IMG/VR virus record: IMGVR_UViG_3300025789_000021
From: an uncultured virus (IMG/VR IMGVR_UViG_3300025789_000021)
Lineage: Duplodnaviria; Heunggongvirae; Uroviricota; Caudoviricetes
Length of the DNA: 64,000 nucleotides
Reading direction: 5' to 3' (one strand)
Shown: piece by piece, positions 1-9,435 of the stretch
Layout of the letters: each line of letters starts with the position of its first letter
Numbering within the stretch: the first letter of the stretch is position 1
Program-made: the position numbers and the translations under genes
Notes under the pieces: model-generated
Database searches by the model: none
The model's input: the letters and a program-made list of their open reading frames with translations, nothing else
Told to the model about the DNA's origin: nothing

Positions 1-3000
1 TTTGGTTGTGCTGCTGTTGTTACAGTCGCAGCGTATCCAGTTGTGTTTTGGTTAAGAGTAGCGACATATGACGGCTGAATTGGACTTCCCTGCCACACAC
101 CAGTTGTGATGGTCCCGATTGATGCGAGATTAGTTGCAGATGTAATGTTTGGTTGTGCACCCACAGATACGGTTGCCGCATATCCAGTTGTGTTTTGGTT
201 AAGAGTAGCGACATATGACGGCTGAATTGGACTTCCCTGCCACACACCAGTTGTGATGGTCCCGATTGATGCGAGATTAGTTGCGGATGTAATGTTCGGC
301 TGTGCTGCTGTTGTTACTGTTCCGGCAATGGTCGCGCTACTGGCAGCAAGCGTAGAGCCTGAACTTAGTGTCCATGTTCCTGTAATTATTCCTGCTGTAG
401 TGTTTGCTCCCGTAGTAATAGTGCTTGTCTGTAGCGTTGTTGGATTAAACGTGGAATTGTATACCATAAATCCAGCAGAATTTGCTAAGAAATGTGACCA
501 TTCGTTTGTAGCAGTTGAATCAGTAATTTGAATTAATGCATTTCCTGTTACTGAATTTCCTCTTACACGCAATCCACCCGTTGTTCCTCCACTATTTGGA
601 GTGGTGACATCAACCGTTGCACTGACACCAGATGCTGTGAATAACGCTGGTCCAGAACTTAATCCAGTTAATGTTCCCAACGATGTAATATTTGGCTGTG
701 AACTCACTGATACGGTATTAGCAACATTAGCATTAGGAACATATCCGGTTACATTAGCACCAGTAATTGAACTCAGACCAGAACCATTGCCAAAATGATT
801 TCCGAAATGATTTCCGTTGACATTTGCCCCAGAAATATTTCCGGTAACATTGAGTACTGTTAGTGTCCCTACAGAAGTAATATTTGGTTGTGCCGCTGTT
901 GTCAAGTTTCCACCCAAATTGATAGAAACTACGTTTCCAGTTACATTAACGTTTCCGTTGACATTTGCTGCTGTTGATGTAACAGTTATTACATTTGACG
1001 TACCATTTACACTAAGATAGATATTACTATTACTTGATGGAATACTAACATTTGATGTTCCATTAACAATAATAGTAGATGAACCAGTGGTTATACCAGT
1101 TAACTGACTTCCGTTACCTATGAAATAAAATCCTTGGATATTTCCAGTTGCATTTATTGTCCCGTTACCGAACTGGATATTAGAAGTTGCATTACCTACA
1201 GTCAATCCAGTCAATGTTCCAACAGATGTGATATTTGGCTGTGCTGGGCTTATCACTGTTCCTGCTGTTGTTGCAGAAGTTGCTGCTCCGCTAAGTGCAC
1301 CTACAAAGGTGGTTGCAAGAACAGCACCATTTGCTAAGTTTGCACTAATTCCGGAGTTTGCTGCCAATGCATAGTTTCCAGTGGAACTACTTGGGGAAAA
1401 TGTAGGATAATAAATTCCGGTTGATTGTGTAGTTACACCTATACTCGTTGCATTACTGATAGAAGTTGCTGTTCCTACCAATGTTCCTATAAATGTAGTG
1501 GCAGTAATTGAATTGTTTGCCAGATTTGCACTGATTCCGGTGCTAATAACAGATGATGAATTTCCATTTGCAGATGATGTGGTAAATTTTGGATAAACGG
1601 TCGTAGCGGTTGAAGTATTCTGTAATACAGCAGATGCATTAGATGCATTCAGTGCCGAAGTTGCCGTACCGCTTAACGTACCCACAAATGTTGTTGCTGT
1701 AATTGAACTATTCGCTAAATTAGCATTTATTCCAGATGCGGTAATAGAACTATAATAACCATTAGATGATGAAGTTACAAATGTTGGATATGCGGTAGTA
1801 GAAACAGATGAATTGGTTAATACTGTATTAGCGGAATTTGCGTTGGCAACCGTTCCGATAACATTTGCGCCCGCAATAGAATATAGTCCAGAACCGTTTC
1901 CAGTAATAATACCAGTAGTATTTAATGTGCCCGTAATGTTCGCACCAGTTCCAGTAACGGTCAAAACATTGCTACCGGCAGCAACGAGAGTTACGTTTGA
2001 ACTAGTTGCTATGGTAACGGCTGAGGTTCCATTTACAAGATTACTTATTACGTTTCCGGCAGTGACATTACCGGTGGTTGTTATGGTGTTTGATCCAGCA
2101 GCAATGGTCCCAATAATATTTCCGGCAGTTATATTACCCGTGCCAGTTACCACTCCCAACCCAAATCCCAAATTTCCAACGTTTGCATTGGCAACTAGAC
2201 TGAGTGTATTGCCTACAAAAATATTACTATTAATGTTTCCATTTGCATCACGAACCGGAATTGTATTGGCGGAAGTCGTAATAGAAGTATTATATCCATC
2301 TACAAAATCCGCATTGAGATTGGCAACTTTTGTAGTAGAATTAACTGTGATCGGTGAAGTGCCTGTAGCAATGTTAGATGCAAGAGTACTTGCAGTAACT
2401 GATGTTGTGGCATTTAAATTGCCAACATTGGCATTGCCGTTAACTGTTAAAATTTTGCTGGTATAATTAAATGTAAGCGATGAACTGGCACCAAAACTAC
2501 CGGCGCTGTTATATTGAATTTGCGTATCTGTACCAGATACTAATCCGGAGCCTGAACCACCTGATGATATCGAAGTCAACTGACCACCAGTTTCATATAC
2601 GTTGGCGCTTAAGCCATTTGCTGTCTGTAGGGCAAATATAGGTCCTGCCGTGCCATTTGCATAAACTGTATTTGATACTGTGATGCTTGTGCCATTGGGA
2701 ATAGAATTAATATAATATGTCGTATTAGCTAATATTCCACTCGTTGACATGCTTCCCACGAACTGTACAGGCTTATTCACCGAGAGGACAGCACTATTAC
2801 CAACAGTGATGTAATTGGTTCCAGTTGTAGTATTGGATACCGATGTAAATGCATATGCTGTATAAGATGTAGAATTTACTGGTGAAGTAAGTGCTCCGTC
2901 ACTATACAATGAAAATGTGTTTGGGCTTAGATTGCCGACATAATATTGCATACCATTTAACTGGGTCATGCCCTGTGCACCAGTAATAGTAATTGATGCG

Positions 3001-3479
3001 GCGTTGGTAAGATTATGATTTTGAACTGTAGTTACTACGGCAGGATTCGCTTTGGTTACATTTTCAATGTATGCAATTAATGTGTTTTTTGGAGTCCAAG
3101 AAAGATTTCCTAGTCCATCAGTCTGTAGTACATATCCCGTTGCTCCACCAGAAATAGCCACGTTTGAGACATTTCCAAGATTAATATTACCTCCAGCAAC
3201 TCCGCCACCGTTAACCCAGTTCGTTCCATCATATACTAATATTTCTCCTGCAGCCAAGGTAGTAGGATTTATATTTAAATTACCATAACTACCACTGATT
3301 TGACTAAAGTAAATATTAGAGTAGGATGTCAGAATTTCCACATTTTCATTTGGTGAGGTCTTGCCAATAAACAAGCGTTTGGAATCATTTGCCCATCCGA
3401 ATTCGGCATTGTCCAATTGCGGAAGGTCTACTAAGTTTCCTGATCTTTGTTGTATTTTTGAGATTTGTAAAATTGACAT
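1..3479 (-). CDS. Long tail fibre/adhesin-like structural protein (3' end runs off window)
   Basis: ATG at 3479 reads MSILQISKIQQRSGNLVDLPQLDNAEFGWANDSKRLFIG (Mtd_N-like start). The T/N/G/A-rich body has recurring AQPNITS motifs. Absent from the ORF track, consistent with no in-window stop. TAAATA at 3510-3515. Confidence 0.75.
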   Translation of the reverse strand, partial: MSILQISKIQQRSGNLVDLPQLDNAEFGWANDSKRLFIGKTSPNENVEILTSYSNIYFSQISGSYGNLNINPTTLAAGEILVYDGTNWVNGGGVAGGNINLGNVSNVAISGGATGYVLQTDGLGNLSWTPKNTLIAYIENVTKANPAVVTTVQNHNLTNAASITITGAQGMTQLNGMQYYVGNLSPNTFSLYSDGALTSPVNSTSYTAYAFTSVSNTTTGTNYITVGNSAVLSVNKPVQFVGSMSTSGILANTTYYINSIPNGTSITVSNTVYANGTAGPIFALQTANGLSANVYETGGQLTSISSGGSGSGLVSGTDTQIQYNSAGSFGASSSLTFNYTSKILTVNGNANVGNLNATTSVTASTLASNIATGTSPITVNSTTKVANLNADFVDGYNTSITTSANTIPVRDANGNINSNIFVGNTLSLVANANVGNLGFGLGVVTGTGNITAGNIIGTIAAGSNTITTTGNVTAGNVISNLVNGTSAVTIATSSNVTLVAAGSNVLTVTGTGANITGTLNTTGIITGNGSGLYSIAGANVIGTVANANSANTVLTNSSVSTTAYPTFVTSSSNGYYSSITASGINANLANSSITATTFVGTLSGTATSALNASNASAVLQNTSTATTVYPKFTTSSANGNSSSVISTGISANLANNSITATTFIGTLVGTATSISNATSIGVTTQSTGIYYPTFSPSSSTGNYALAANSGISANLANGAVLATTFVGALSGAATSATTAGTVISPAQPNITSVGTLTGLTVGNATSNIQFGNGTINATGNIQGFYFIGNGSQLTGITTGSSTIIVNGTSNVSIPSSNSNIYLSVNGTSNVITVTSTAANVNGNVNVTGNVVSINLGGNLTTAAQPNITSVGTLTVLNVTGNISGANVNGNHFGNHFGNGSGLSSITGANVTGYVPNANVANTVSVSSQPNITSLGTLTGLSSGPALFTASGVSATVDVTTPNSGGTTGGLRVRGNSVTGNALIQITDSTATNEWSHFLANSAGFMVYNSTFNPTTLQTSTITTGANTTAGIITGTWTLSSGSTLAASSATIAGTVTTAAQPNITSATNLASIGTITTGVWQGSPIQPSYVATLNQNTTGYAATVSVGAQPNITSATNLASIGTITTGVWQGSPIQPSYVATLNQNTTGYAATVTTAAQP
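34..297. repeat. 147-bp-period near-identical tandem repeat (49 aa unit) in fibre gene
   Basis: tatccagttgtgttttggttaagagtagcgac... starts at 34 and at 181. Encodes QPNITSATNLASIGTITTGVWQGSPIQPSYVATLNQNTTGY on the minus strand. Confidence 0.9.
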
Positions 3480-3534
3480 AAGTGTAATCTTTACCCATTG
3501 ATATACACTTATTTATCTTTACATATTCAATCTC

Positions 3535-4248
3535 TCAAACGAATGCAGAGTAATATTTTTCTAGTCTTTTATACCAAAGTTGGGTATATTTGTCAAATTC
3601 GTTACCCTCAACTATAAACTCTAGGTATTCAGGTTTTGTCCACTTATTATCAACCATTTCTGGCTTAACCGACATAAAGATAACACCTTTGCGAATATTA
3701 GTCCCATACACTTCATTGTGGGCCAACGCATATGCTGCTGTCTGAACAAAGTAATCCTCAATCCATTCTCGCTTCTTGACTTTATTGGATTGCTTATGAT
3801 CCATGATTGCTTCTGATCCATTATGGATTCCACATAAATCTGTAGTTCCGGCATAGACTCCCGGAAAGAATAGCGAGACTTCTGTTCCCCAATATTCATC
3901 GCAATTTACTAAACCATTTGTGATGATTTCCTGCGCCATCAGATGACTCTGTTGACTATATGGATTCGTGCCCGGTTCACCAAGTATATCTAACTTGATA
4001 TAATCTTCGATCCATTTGTGCATTCTGGTGCCGCGACCGGCTGCTTCGGTCGTAATTTGTTGTGCTTTTGCGTGTCCTACACGATTTTTCCATTGACGCA
4101 GTGCTTGTTTGGATTCTTCTGATTTAGTTAAATCAAGAATAGTAGTAACACTTGGAACCTTTTGACCATCAGGGGTCAGATACCGGCGAGAACCGTCAAC
4201 GTTTACTCGCTTCATTTCTTCATAGGGGAATTTATTAGTTATAGCCAT
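3535..4248 (-). CDS. PD-(D/E)XK exonuclease (lambda-exo/Cas4-like phage nuclease)
   Basis: PSVTTIL, RGTRMH, E...YAGTTD...DHK, Q..AY motifs. Start placed at ATG 4248, just after the promoter. Confidence 0.8.
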   Translation of the reverse strand: MAITNKFPYEEMKRVNVDGSRRYLTPDGQKVPSVTTILDLTKSEESKQALRQWKNRVGHAKAQQITTEAAGRGTRMHKWIEDYIKLDILGEPGTNPYSQQSHLMAQEIITNGLVNCDEYWGTEVSLFFPGVYAGTTDLCGIHNGSEAIMDHKQSNKVKKREWIEDYFVQTAAYALAHNEVYGTNIRKGVIFMSVKPEMVDNKWTKPEYLEFIVEGNEFDKYTQLWYKRLEKYYSAFV

Positions 4249-4254
4249 GTATGT

Positions 4255-4283
4255 ATTATACAAAAAAACGTCAGAAAAGTCAA
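4255..4283 (-). promoter_or_regulatory. sigma70-type promoter TTGACT-17-TATAAT
   Basis: Near-consensus boxes with 17-nt spacer, 6 nt upstream of the exonuclease ATG. Confidence 0.75.
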
Positions 4284-4293
4284 CAATAATATT

Positions 4294-4644
4294 TTAAATT
4301 TGCATTGCTGATTTTGCCATTTTGGCTACTGTTTTTTTCTTTTCATCTTCGGGTTCTTTTTCATCTTCGGGTTCAGACTCTGGCTCTGACTCGTATCCTT
4401 TAAATTCAATTTTATCACCTTCAATGCTAGTAATAAGTGACTTTAGGGGGTTGACTTTAATCATATTGTATAAATCAGATTTGTCAAGAATGATGTCATA
4501 TATTTGAAAATAATCAAGCAAGTCTTCTACAGAATAGCTATCCGGATCAATTTTACCAGAGTCAACATCATCCTTTAACTGATTAGTTAAAGCAACAATT
4601 TTAGTTAGTTCGGCACTATCTTGGTCAAATTCAAAGAGATACAC
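4294..4644 (-). CDS. Hypothetical acidic protein
   Basis: 116 aa ORF, MYLFEF N-terminus, packed in operon. Confidence 0.6.
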   Translation of the reverse strand: MYLFEFDQDSAELTKIVALTNQLKDDVDSGKIDPDSYSVEDLLDYFQIYDIILDKSDLYNMIKVNPLKSLITSIEGDKIEFKGYESEPESEPEDEKEPEDEKKKTVAKMAKSAMQI

Positions 4645-4647
4645 GGG

Positions 4648-5397
4648 TTATCTCTTAGGACGGCCTGCGCCACCAAATCTGTTTTCTGGCTTTTCTGCTG
4701 GTGCTTTAGGGGCCTTTGGCGCTACATCGGGAACAGGAGGAAGTTCTGAATCAAGGTCCATGTCCATATCCATGTCTGCACCAAGTGCATCTTCATCTCC
4801 AGCAAGATCAGCACCCATATCCATGTCTGCACCAAAATCTGTGCCACCTTGGCCAGTAATTACATTGAGCGCGCTCTTTAGACTGGCTTGCGTTTCCTGT
4901 AATGATGCGTTCAGAGATGCGAGAGATTCTGAGACTTGCGAATTAAATTGTGTGCCTTCATTTACTCCAATTTCAGATTCAATTGAGTCTGAAAGTGCTG
5001 GTAGTTCTTTAACCAGCATATCATTGACTTCTTCAACCATTTTCTGAATAGAATCAATCATATCTTGAGCAGCAAGAATAACCTGTGACTTTTCTACTTC
5101 TTCGTTTTCAAAGACAATGCGTGGTGTAGGCATTGAGTTTAAATATCTAATGTGTGAGGTTAATGCCTGTTCCATGAATACGAGTTTCATGTGAGTAGGG
5201 TTAGTTTGGTTTCTATGGAAATTATGTGAATTTCTAGATTCATTGATAAGTCCACGAACTTTTCTAAGCATTGTGGCAGTTTGAGACTTATCCAAGTTAT
5301 CAGTATTGAAGTTGAATGAAAAACTTTCTCTCAATGCCTTTTTTGCTACATTCTTATTGTTTAACTCGTTAAGTTCCATGCCGTTTAACTCTTCCAT
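4648..5397 (-). CDS. Hypothetical late protein (coiled-coil, acidic tail)
   Basis: 249 aa ORF behind TAAATA at 5407-5412. Confidence 0.65.
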   Translation of the reverse strand: MEELNGMELNELNNKNVAKKALRESFSFNFNTDNLDKSQTATMLRKVRGLINESRNSHNFHRNQTNPTHMKLVFMEQALTSHIRYLNSMPTPRIVFENEEVEKSQVILAAQDMIDSIQKMVEEVNDMLVKELPALSDSIESEIGVNEGTQFNSQVSESLASLNASLQETQASLKSALNVITGQGGTDFGADMDMGADLAGDEDALGADMDMDMDLDSELPPVPDVAPKAPKAPAEKPENRFGGAGRPKR

Positions 5398-5427
5398 GTT
5401 GTTATGTATTTATCTTAGATATTTATT

Positions 5428-5901
5428 TTATTGGTGTCGCGTATTCAAAAATCGTCTTTCTTGAATCACCTTAGACTTATTTATGTGAATACTCATTTCT
5501 TCTAACATTAAGTTTTTCTTTAATGTCGCTTCTTCCACTTTAATCATATAGGTCAGTTTAACTGATGGAGTTGGGGCCACTTTAAATAATCGTGTATGAT
5601 TGGCAATGTCTATGTTGATACTTCCCAAACGCAAATCTAAAGAGACTACTCTCCGGGCATTATTAAAATTTCCAGAATTGTGAAGGGTGCACCACGACAC
5701 TGCATTAATTAGAGTTGAAAACACGTGTTCTTCCGCATGCTTTGGGGTAAAGGTTTTAAAGCCGCCATCCAGTGACGGAATGATGGTATATTTACCGAAT
5801 AACGAATATTTGCCCTGTTTATCACATGTAATCAAAATGTCTTTGATATCAGAATTCAATTCATTTTCAAAAAATTTATCTAGTTTTGTTAAATGTATCA
5901 T
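5428..5901 (-). CDS. Hypothetical protein
   Basis: 157 aa; ATGA overlap with upstream ORF. Confidence 0.6.
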   Translation of the reverse strand: MIHLTKLDKFFENELNSDIKDILITCDKQGKYSLFGKYTIIPSLDGGFKTFTPKHAEEHVFSTLINAVSWCTLHNSGNFNNARRVVSLDLRLGSINIDIANHTRLFKVAPTPSVKLTYMIKVEEATLKKNLMLEEMSIHINKSKVIQERRFLNTRHQ

Positions 5902-6344
5902 ACTACCTCAAAATAAATGTTTTTTAATTCATCGGATATGTCTAAAAATGCAGGCATTGTTTCGGTTTGTGTTTTGGATAGTATCATTGGTACTCCTTCA
6001 CAGTCTCTGTATAATGAACCGAGAGGGATTATTCCATTTTCAAATACGCTACTGTGATGGACTTCAAATTCAAATCGCCAACAATAGCGTGGTTTGTTGT
6101 CGGTATACTCATACAAAAATCCAAACTTTGACAATAGACTATCATTTATTTCTAATTTTATTGGGATTTTGATTATTTCTGGCTGTGATCGTAATGAAAT
6201 GACTTGAAGTATTGTGTCAAAGTTACACTGTGTGTTACGTTTTTGCACCCACCCTTCAACATCATCTTCATTTGGGCGCGATCTATTTAGGACGCCAGTA
6301 TAAGTAACATCAAAAAGGGTGTGACAGGAAATACGATGTGACAT
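5898..6344 (-). CDS. Hypothetical protein
   Basis: 148 aa; TAAATA at 6350-6355, 5 nt before ATG. Confidence 0.65.
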   Translation of the reverse strand: MSHRISCHTLFDVTYTGVLNRSRPNEDDVEGWVQKRNTQCNFDTILQVISLRSQPEIIKIPIKLEINDSLLSKFGFLYEYTDNKPRYCWRFEFEVHHSSVFENGIIPLGSLYRDCEGVPMILSKTQTETMPAFLDISDELKNIYFEVV

Positions 6345-6359
6345 GTAAGTATTTAGGTC

Positions 6360-6400
6360 AAAAAAAAGACCCGAGAATATCTTCTCGGGTCTCTTGTTTT
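6360..6400 (-). terminator. Rho-independent terminator (possibly bidirectional)
   Basis: agacccgagaa-tatc-ttctcgggtct stem with an A-run on the left (U-run on minus strand) and a T-rich tract on the right. Confidence 0.85.
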
Positions 6401-6418
6401 GTTATTTAAAGATCAGAA

Positions 6419-6814
6419 TTAAACGTCTGAACCTGAAACAAAAGTTGCACCAGTTGCAACAGTTGAACCTGCTGGCCATGAAGCGCCATTAGTAGTGCTC
6501 AAGAGTGAAGTCTGGAGAGTAGAAGCAGTCCATGCACCTGCTGGGTAAATGCCCCAAGCAACAGTGTTGTTGGTTGCGTTACCATACTGATAAAGCATGA
6601 CAGTTGCAAGTTGTTCAATAGTCTGGAAACTTGCTGCTACCTGAGTAGTAGTCAATGAACCATTAGAAGTTGCAGTGAAGAAGTCCAGTTTTGGACCCTG
6701 TGGCTGAACAGCAACGTTAGGAGTTACTGCATTAAGACCTGCATTAGTGTATGCTGGTGAGTCCAAGTGAAATACTGGAAGAAAGTCACCATTAACTTTA
6801 GTAAACTGTGCCAT
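6419..6814 (-). CDS. Small virion structural protein (putative)
   Basis: 131 aa, T/A/G/N-rich; late promoter 6856-6861, AAGGA RBS, own terminator. Confidence 0.6.
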   Translation of the reverse strand: MAQFTKVNGDFLPVFHLDSPAYTNAGLNAVTPNVAVQPQGPKLDFFTATSNGSLTTTQVAASFQTIEQLATVMLYQYGNATNNTVAWGIYPAGAWTASTLQTSLLSTTNGASWPAGSTVATGATFVSGSDV

Positions 6815-6890
6815 AAAATTATTCCTTTAAATGTGTGAGCATGTGCCCATGATTTTATTTATCACTTTACACAAAAAAAGCGTCTTTAGG

Positions 6891-8036
6891 TCATCTTCCT
6901 TGAAGATTTTGTTTGGAGAACCCAAGACGATCAATAAATTTTACACCCTGAGACACAAATCCTTCTTGTGATTGTTTTCCATTGGCAAGGTAGCCGCGAA
7001 CAGGACTAGTTTCTGCTGCTACATTCAGTTGATTGACAATATCCATCTTGAGATTATATAATGCTGCCCAAATCTTAAATGCGCCTATTACGCCTTGCTT
7101 ATGGTTATTCAGGTGTTCTGCTATTTTGATTTTCATTTTGTCCGACATGGGTCTTGCTTCTACAAAATTCATGAAATCTCTTGCTAAATTAGTAAGGCTA
7201 CCCGATACAATTTTCTTATTGACAAAAACAGTAAACAGTTGATTAAATGTTTTGCGAGCCTGTGGAGCATTAGTCATGAGTTCACGAACAGAATTTCCAT
7301 GATCAGACAATGCCTGTTCTGCTGCTCTTTTCAATGTCGTATTAATTCTCAATTTTGGAACAATTGGCATTTTACTCGGAACAATCGCAACGTTAGATGC
7401 ATTTTGCAAATTGCCGATTGATCCGTCCAATGATACTGCCTGATCCGTTGATACTGCATCAGCCGGAATAAATTGATGAACAGCAATCGCTGCGTCTTTG
7501 TCAGACAGTAATTTACCTACATCACTTTTTACATCAACCGCGTATTCAATGCCATTTGGATTTGCTTTGAATTTGTATACGTCAGCATGATTAACTAATG
7601 GATGACTAAACAATAAATCTCCCCAATAATATCCATTACCTGCGCGATCATCCTTTTCAAGACCGGGCCATATATTAGAAATTATATTATGCAAATCACT
7701 GCGATCTACGCCACGATTTAAATCATATTGCGCAAATTCTTGAGGACTGAATACTTGGCGACCAGTTCCATCTTTTTTGTTAAACATATGCTTGTCCATA
7801 ATGGAAAATTTACCATCTGAACCGCGTCCAAATATAAGTGCAGGATATCCATCCCATTTAATGGTTATTGATTGAGGATTCTCAACAGTTGCAACAATAG
7901 AATCTATGGCCTGTCGTGCCCCCTGTTCATCACCAAGAAACACTAAGTCCTCAGGATGTTCAAGATGCCCCTTTCCTTCAACAATCACATTATTGATTGT
8001 TTCCATTTTGGTGATAATATCACGAATATCGGTCAT
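6891..8036 (-). CDS. DUF6267-like protein with ligase-type nucleotidyltransferase motifs
   Basis: HLEHPED, IKWDGYP (KxDG), YWGDLL, EGFV, KFID motifs. Confidence 0.6.
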   Translation of the reverse strand: MTDIRDIITKMETINNVIVEGKGHLEHPEDLVFLGDEQGARQAIDSIVATVENPQSITIKWDGYPALIFGRGSDGKFSIMDKHMFNKKDGTGRQVFSPQEFAQYDLNRGVDRSDLHNIISNIWPGLEKDDRAGNGYYWGDLLFSHPLVNHADVYKFKANPNGIEYAVDVKSDVGKLLSDKDAAIAVHQFIPADAVSTDQAVSLDGSIGNLQNASNVAIVPSKMPIVPKLRINTTLKRAAEQALSDHGNSVRELMTNAPQARKTFNQLFTVFVNKKIVSGSLTNLARDFMNFVEARPMSDKMKIKIAEHLNNHKQGVIGAFKIWAALYNLKMDIVNQLNVAAETSPVRGYLANGKQSQEGFVSQGVKFIDRLGFSKQNLQGR

Positions 8037-9163
8037 TATGGTAGCGATCTTTTCAGCTTGTCGTATTCATATGGATTTTTGTTTTTTAGTGAAAGTAAAT
8101 TAGCCTTAATTTGATCAGTTGTCAAGTCCTGAGTTGGAATATCCTGAGTTGGAATATTTGTTGGTTGTCCACGATTTACAGTAGGGGCTGATGCACTAGC
8201 GATTGCATAAGTTATGTTTGCTAATTGTGATAAAGCCTGTTTACCTCCATCAGAATTATAAGTAGCTTGTAGCTGCTGCAATACCTTATCTATTTGAGGC
8301 TCATGTTCTTTCCAGTTGAGTCTGCCCATATAATCACTATACCATTTTTTCATATACTGATATATACCCATAGGCTGACTGGCCTCTACGATACTTTCAA
8401 AAACTACATTAAGTTTGTGGTATGAATTTTCTGATAGTCCTGCCGCCTTCATTGCAAGTTTGTCTGCTGCTGTTCTCTGAAATCCAAGCTTTGCTGCTGC
8501 CGCTTTTCCCGCTGCCTGAACATTTTGTGCGTTGGAAATGCTCTGTCTATGCTGCTGTGCTGCTGCTACAGTCTGTTGTGCAAATGTTGGTGCCGCTTGT
8601 TTTGGAGCCTGCGGCGCGGTGGCTGATTTTGGAGCCTGCGGCGCAGCGGCTGATTTTGCTTGATATCCTAATCCACCAGAAGTGATTCCTCCGGTTGCAG
8701 GCGCTATCATAGCTGGGTTAACCGTAGTAGTAACATTATTTGATTTAATAGTAGGAGCAGATAATGGGTTGGGGTGTGCCGGTTGTGGATTAGCCCTACC
8801 AACATTAGATGGAGTTGAACTGCCATAGAAATTATCCGGTTTTTTCGTCATTTTTCTGTTGACTGGGGTGTTAGGTTTAGATGCATTTGGCTTTATATTG
8901 TTAGTTGGTGGTGCTGGTGGAGTGTTGTTTATTTGAGTAATACTTTTATCCACTATACCACCCTGAATTGCACTATTCAATGCCGTCATGGCCTTGGTAT
9001 AGAAACTGTTAGTGAAGATTTTTTGTGTCTGAGCAGGGTTTTCCACTGTTTTGCGATTAAAAAACAAATTCTTCAAGCCCTGTGGGACATCATACGATCC
9101 CAACAAATTGTCAGCCATTCCTTCGTCTATTTGCTTCTGTGTGTTAAATTCATTTATCTTCAT
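8036..9163 (-). CDS. Hypothetical low-complexity protein, possible internal head protein
   Basis: 375 aa, MKINEF start, P/A/Q-rich centre with a short tandem duplication (APQAPK). Confidence 0.6.
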   Translation of the reverse strand: MKINEFNTQKQIDEGMADNLLGSYDVPQGLKNLFFNRKTVENPAQTQKIFTNSFYTKAMTALNSAIQGGIVDKSITQINNTPPAPPTNNIKPNASKPNTPVNRKMTKKPDNFYGSSTPSNVGRANPQPAHPNPLSAPTIKSNNVTTTVNPAMIAPATGGITSGGLGYQAKSAAAPQAPKSATAPQAPKQAAPTFAQQTVAAAQQHRQSISNAQNVQAAGKAAAAKLGFQRTAADKLAMKAAGLSENSYHKLNVVFESIVEASQPMGIYQYMKKWYSDYMGRLNWKEHEPQIDKVLQQLQATYNSDGGKQALSQLANITYAIASASAPTVNRGQPTNIPTQDIPTQDLTTDQIKANLLSLKNKNPYEYDKLKRSLP

Positions 9164-9398
9164 GCTTCTTCCTTATAGACTTAGAAAATCTTGTCTGGTC
9201 TTTGCCTCTAATTGAACTAAGCAATTTTTTTTCAAGCAACTCTGCCTTTTCCGGAGAATAATTTTTTTGCATCAACTCAATCAGATTGATTGCGCTGGCA
9301 ATAATATTAGAAGCACGGGATTCAATGATATGGTTAATATCACGAGTTTCCCCATACGATTGTAATTCTTCAAGAAGGCTTTTTGTTTTTTTCTGCAT
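9150..9398 (-). CDS. Hypothetical protein
   Basis: 82 aa; TAAATA at 9421-9426. Confidence 0.6.
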   Translation of the reverse strand: MQKKTKSLLEELQSYGETRDINHIIESRASNIIASAINLIELMQKNYSPEKAELLEKKLLSSIRGKDQTRFSKSIRKKHEDK

Positions 9399-9435
9399 AA
9401 TTGTAAAGACCCCGTAATTGTATTTAGTCTAAAGG

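Noticed and set aside
34..297. Direct repeats as a CRISPR array or DGR template/variable pair
   Set aside because: In-frame coding repeats without unique spacers; no cas or reverse transcriptase gene in the window.
20..3288. Several V/P/T-rich plus-strand ORFs and the 75-aa minus ORF
   Set aside because: Shadows or alternative frames of the long minus-strand fibre gene.
3535..4263. Cas4 indicating a CRISPR system
   Set aside because: Lacks the Fe-S cysteines and CRISPR context; ordinary phage PD-(D/E)XK exonuclease.
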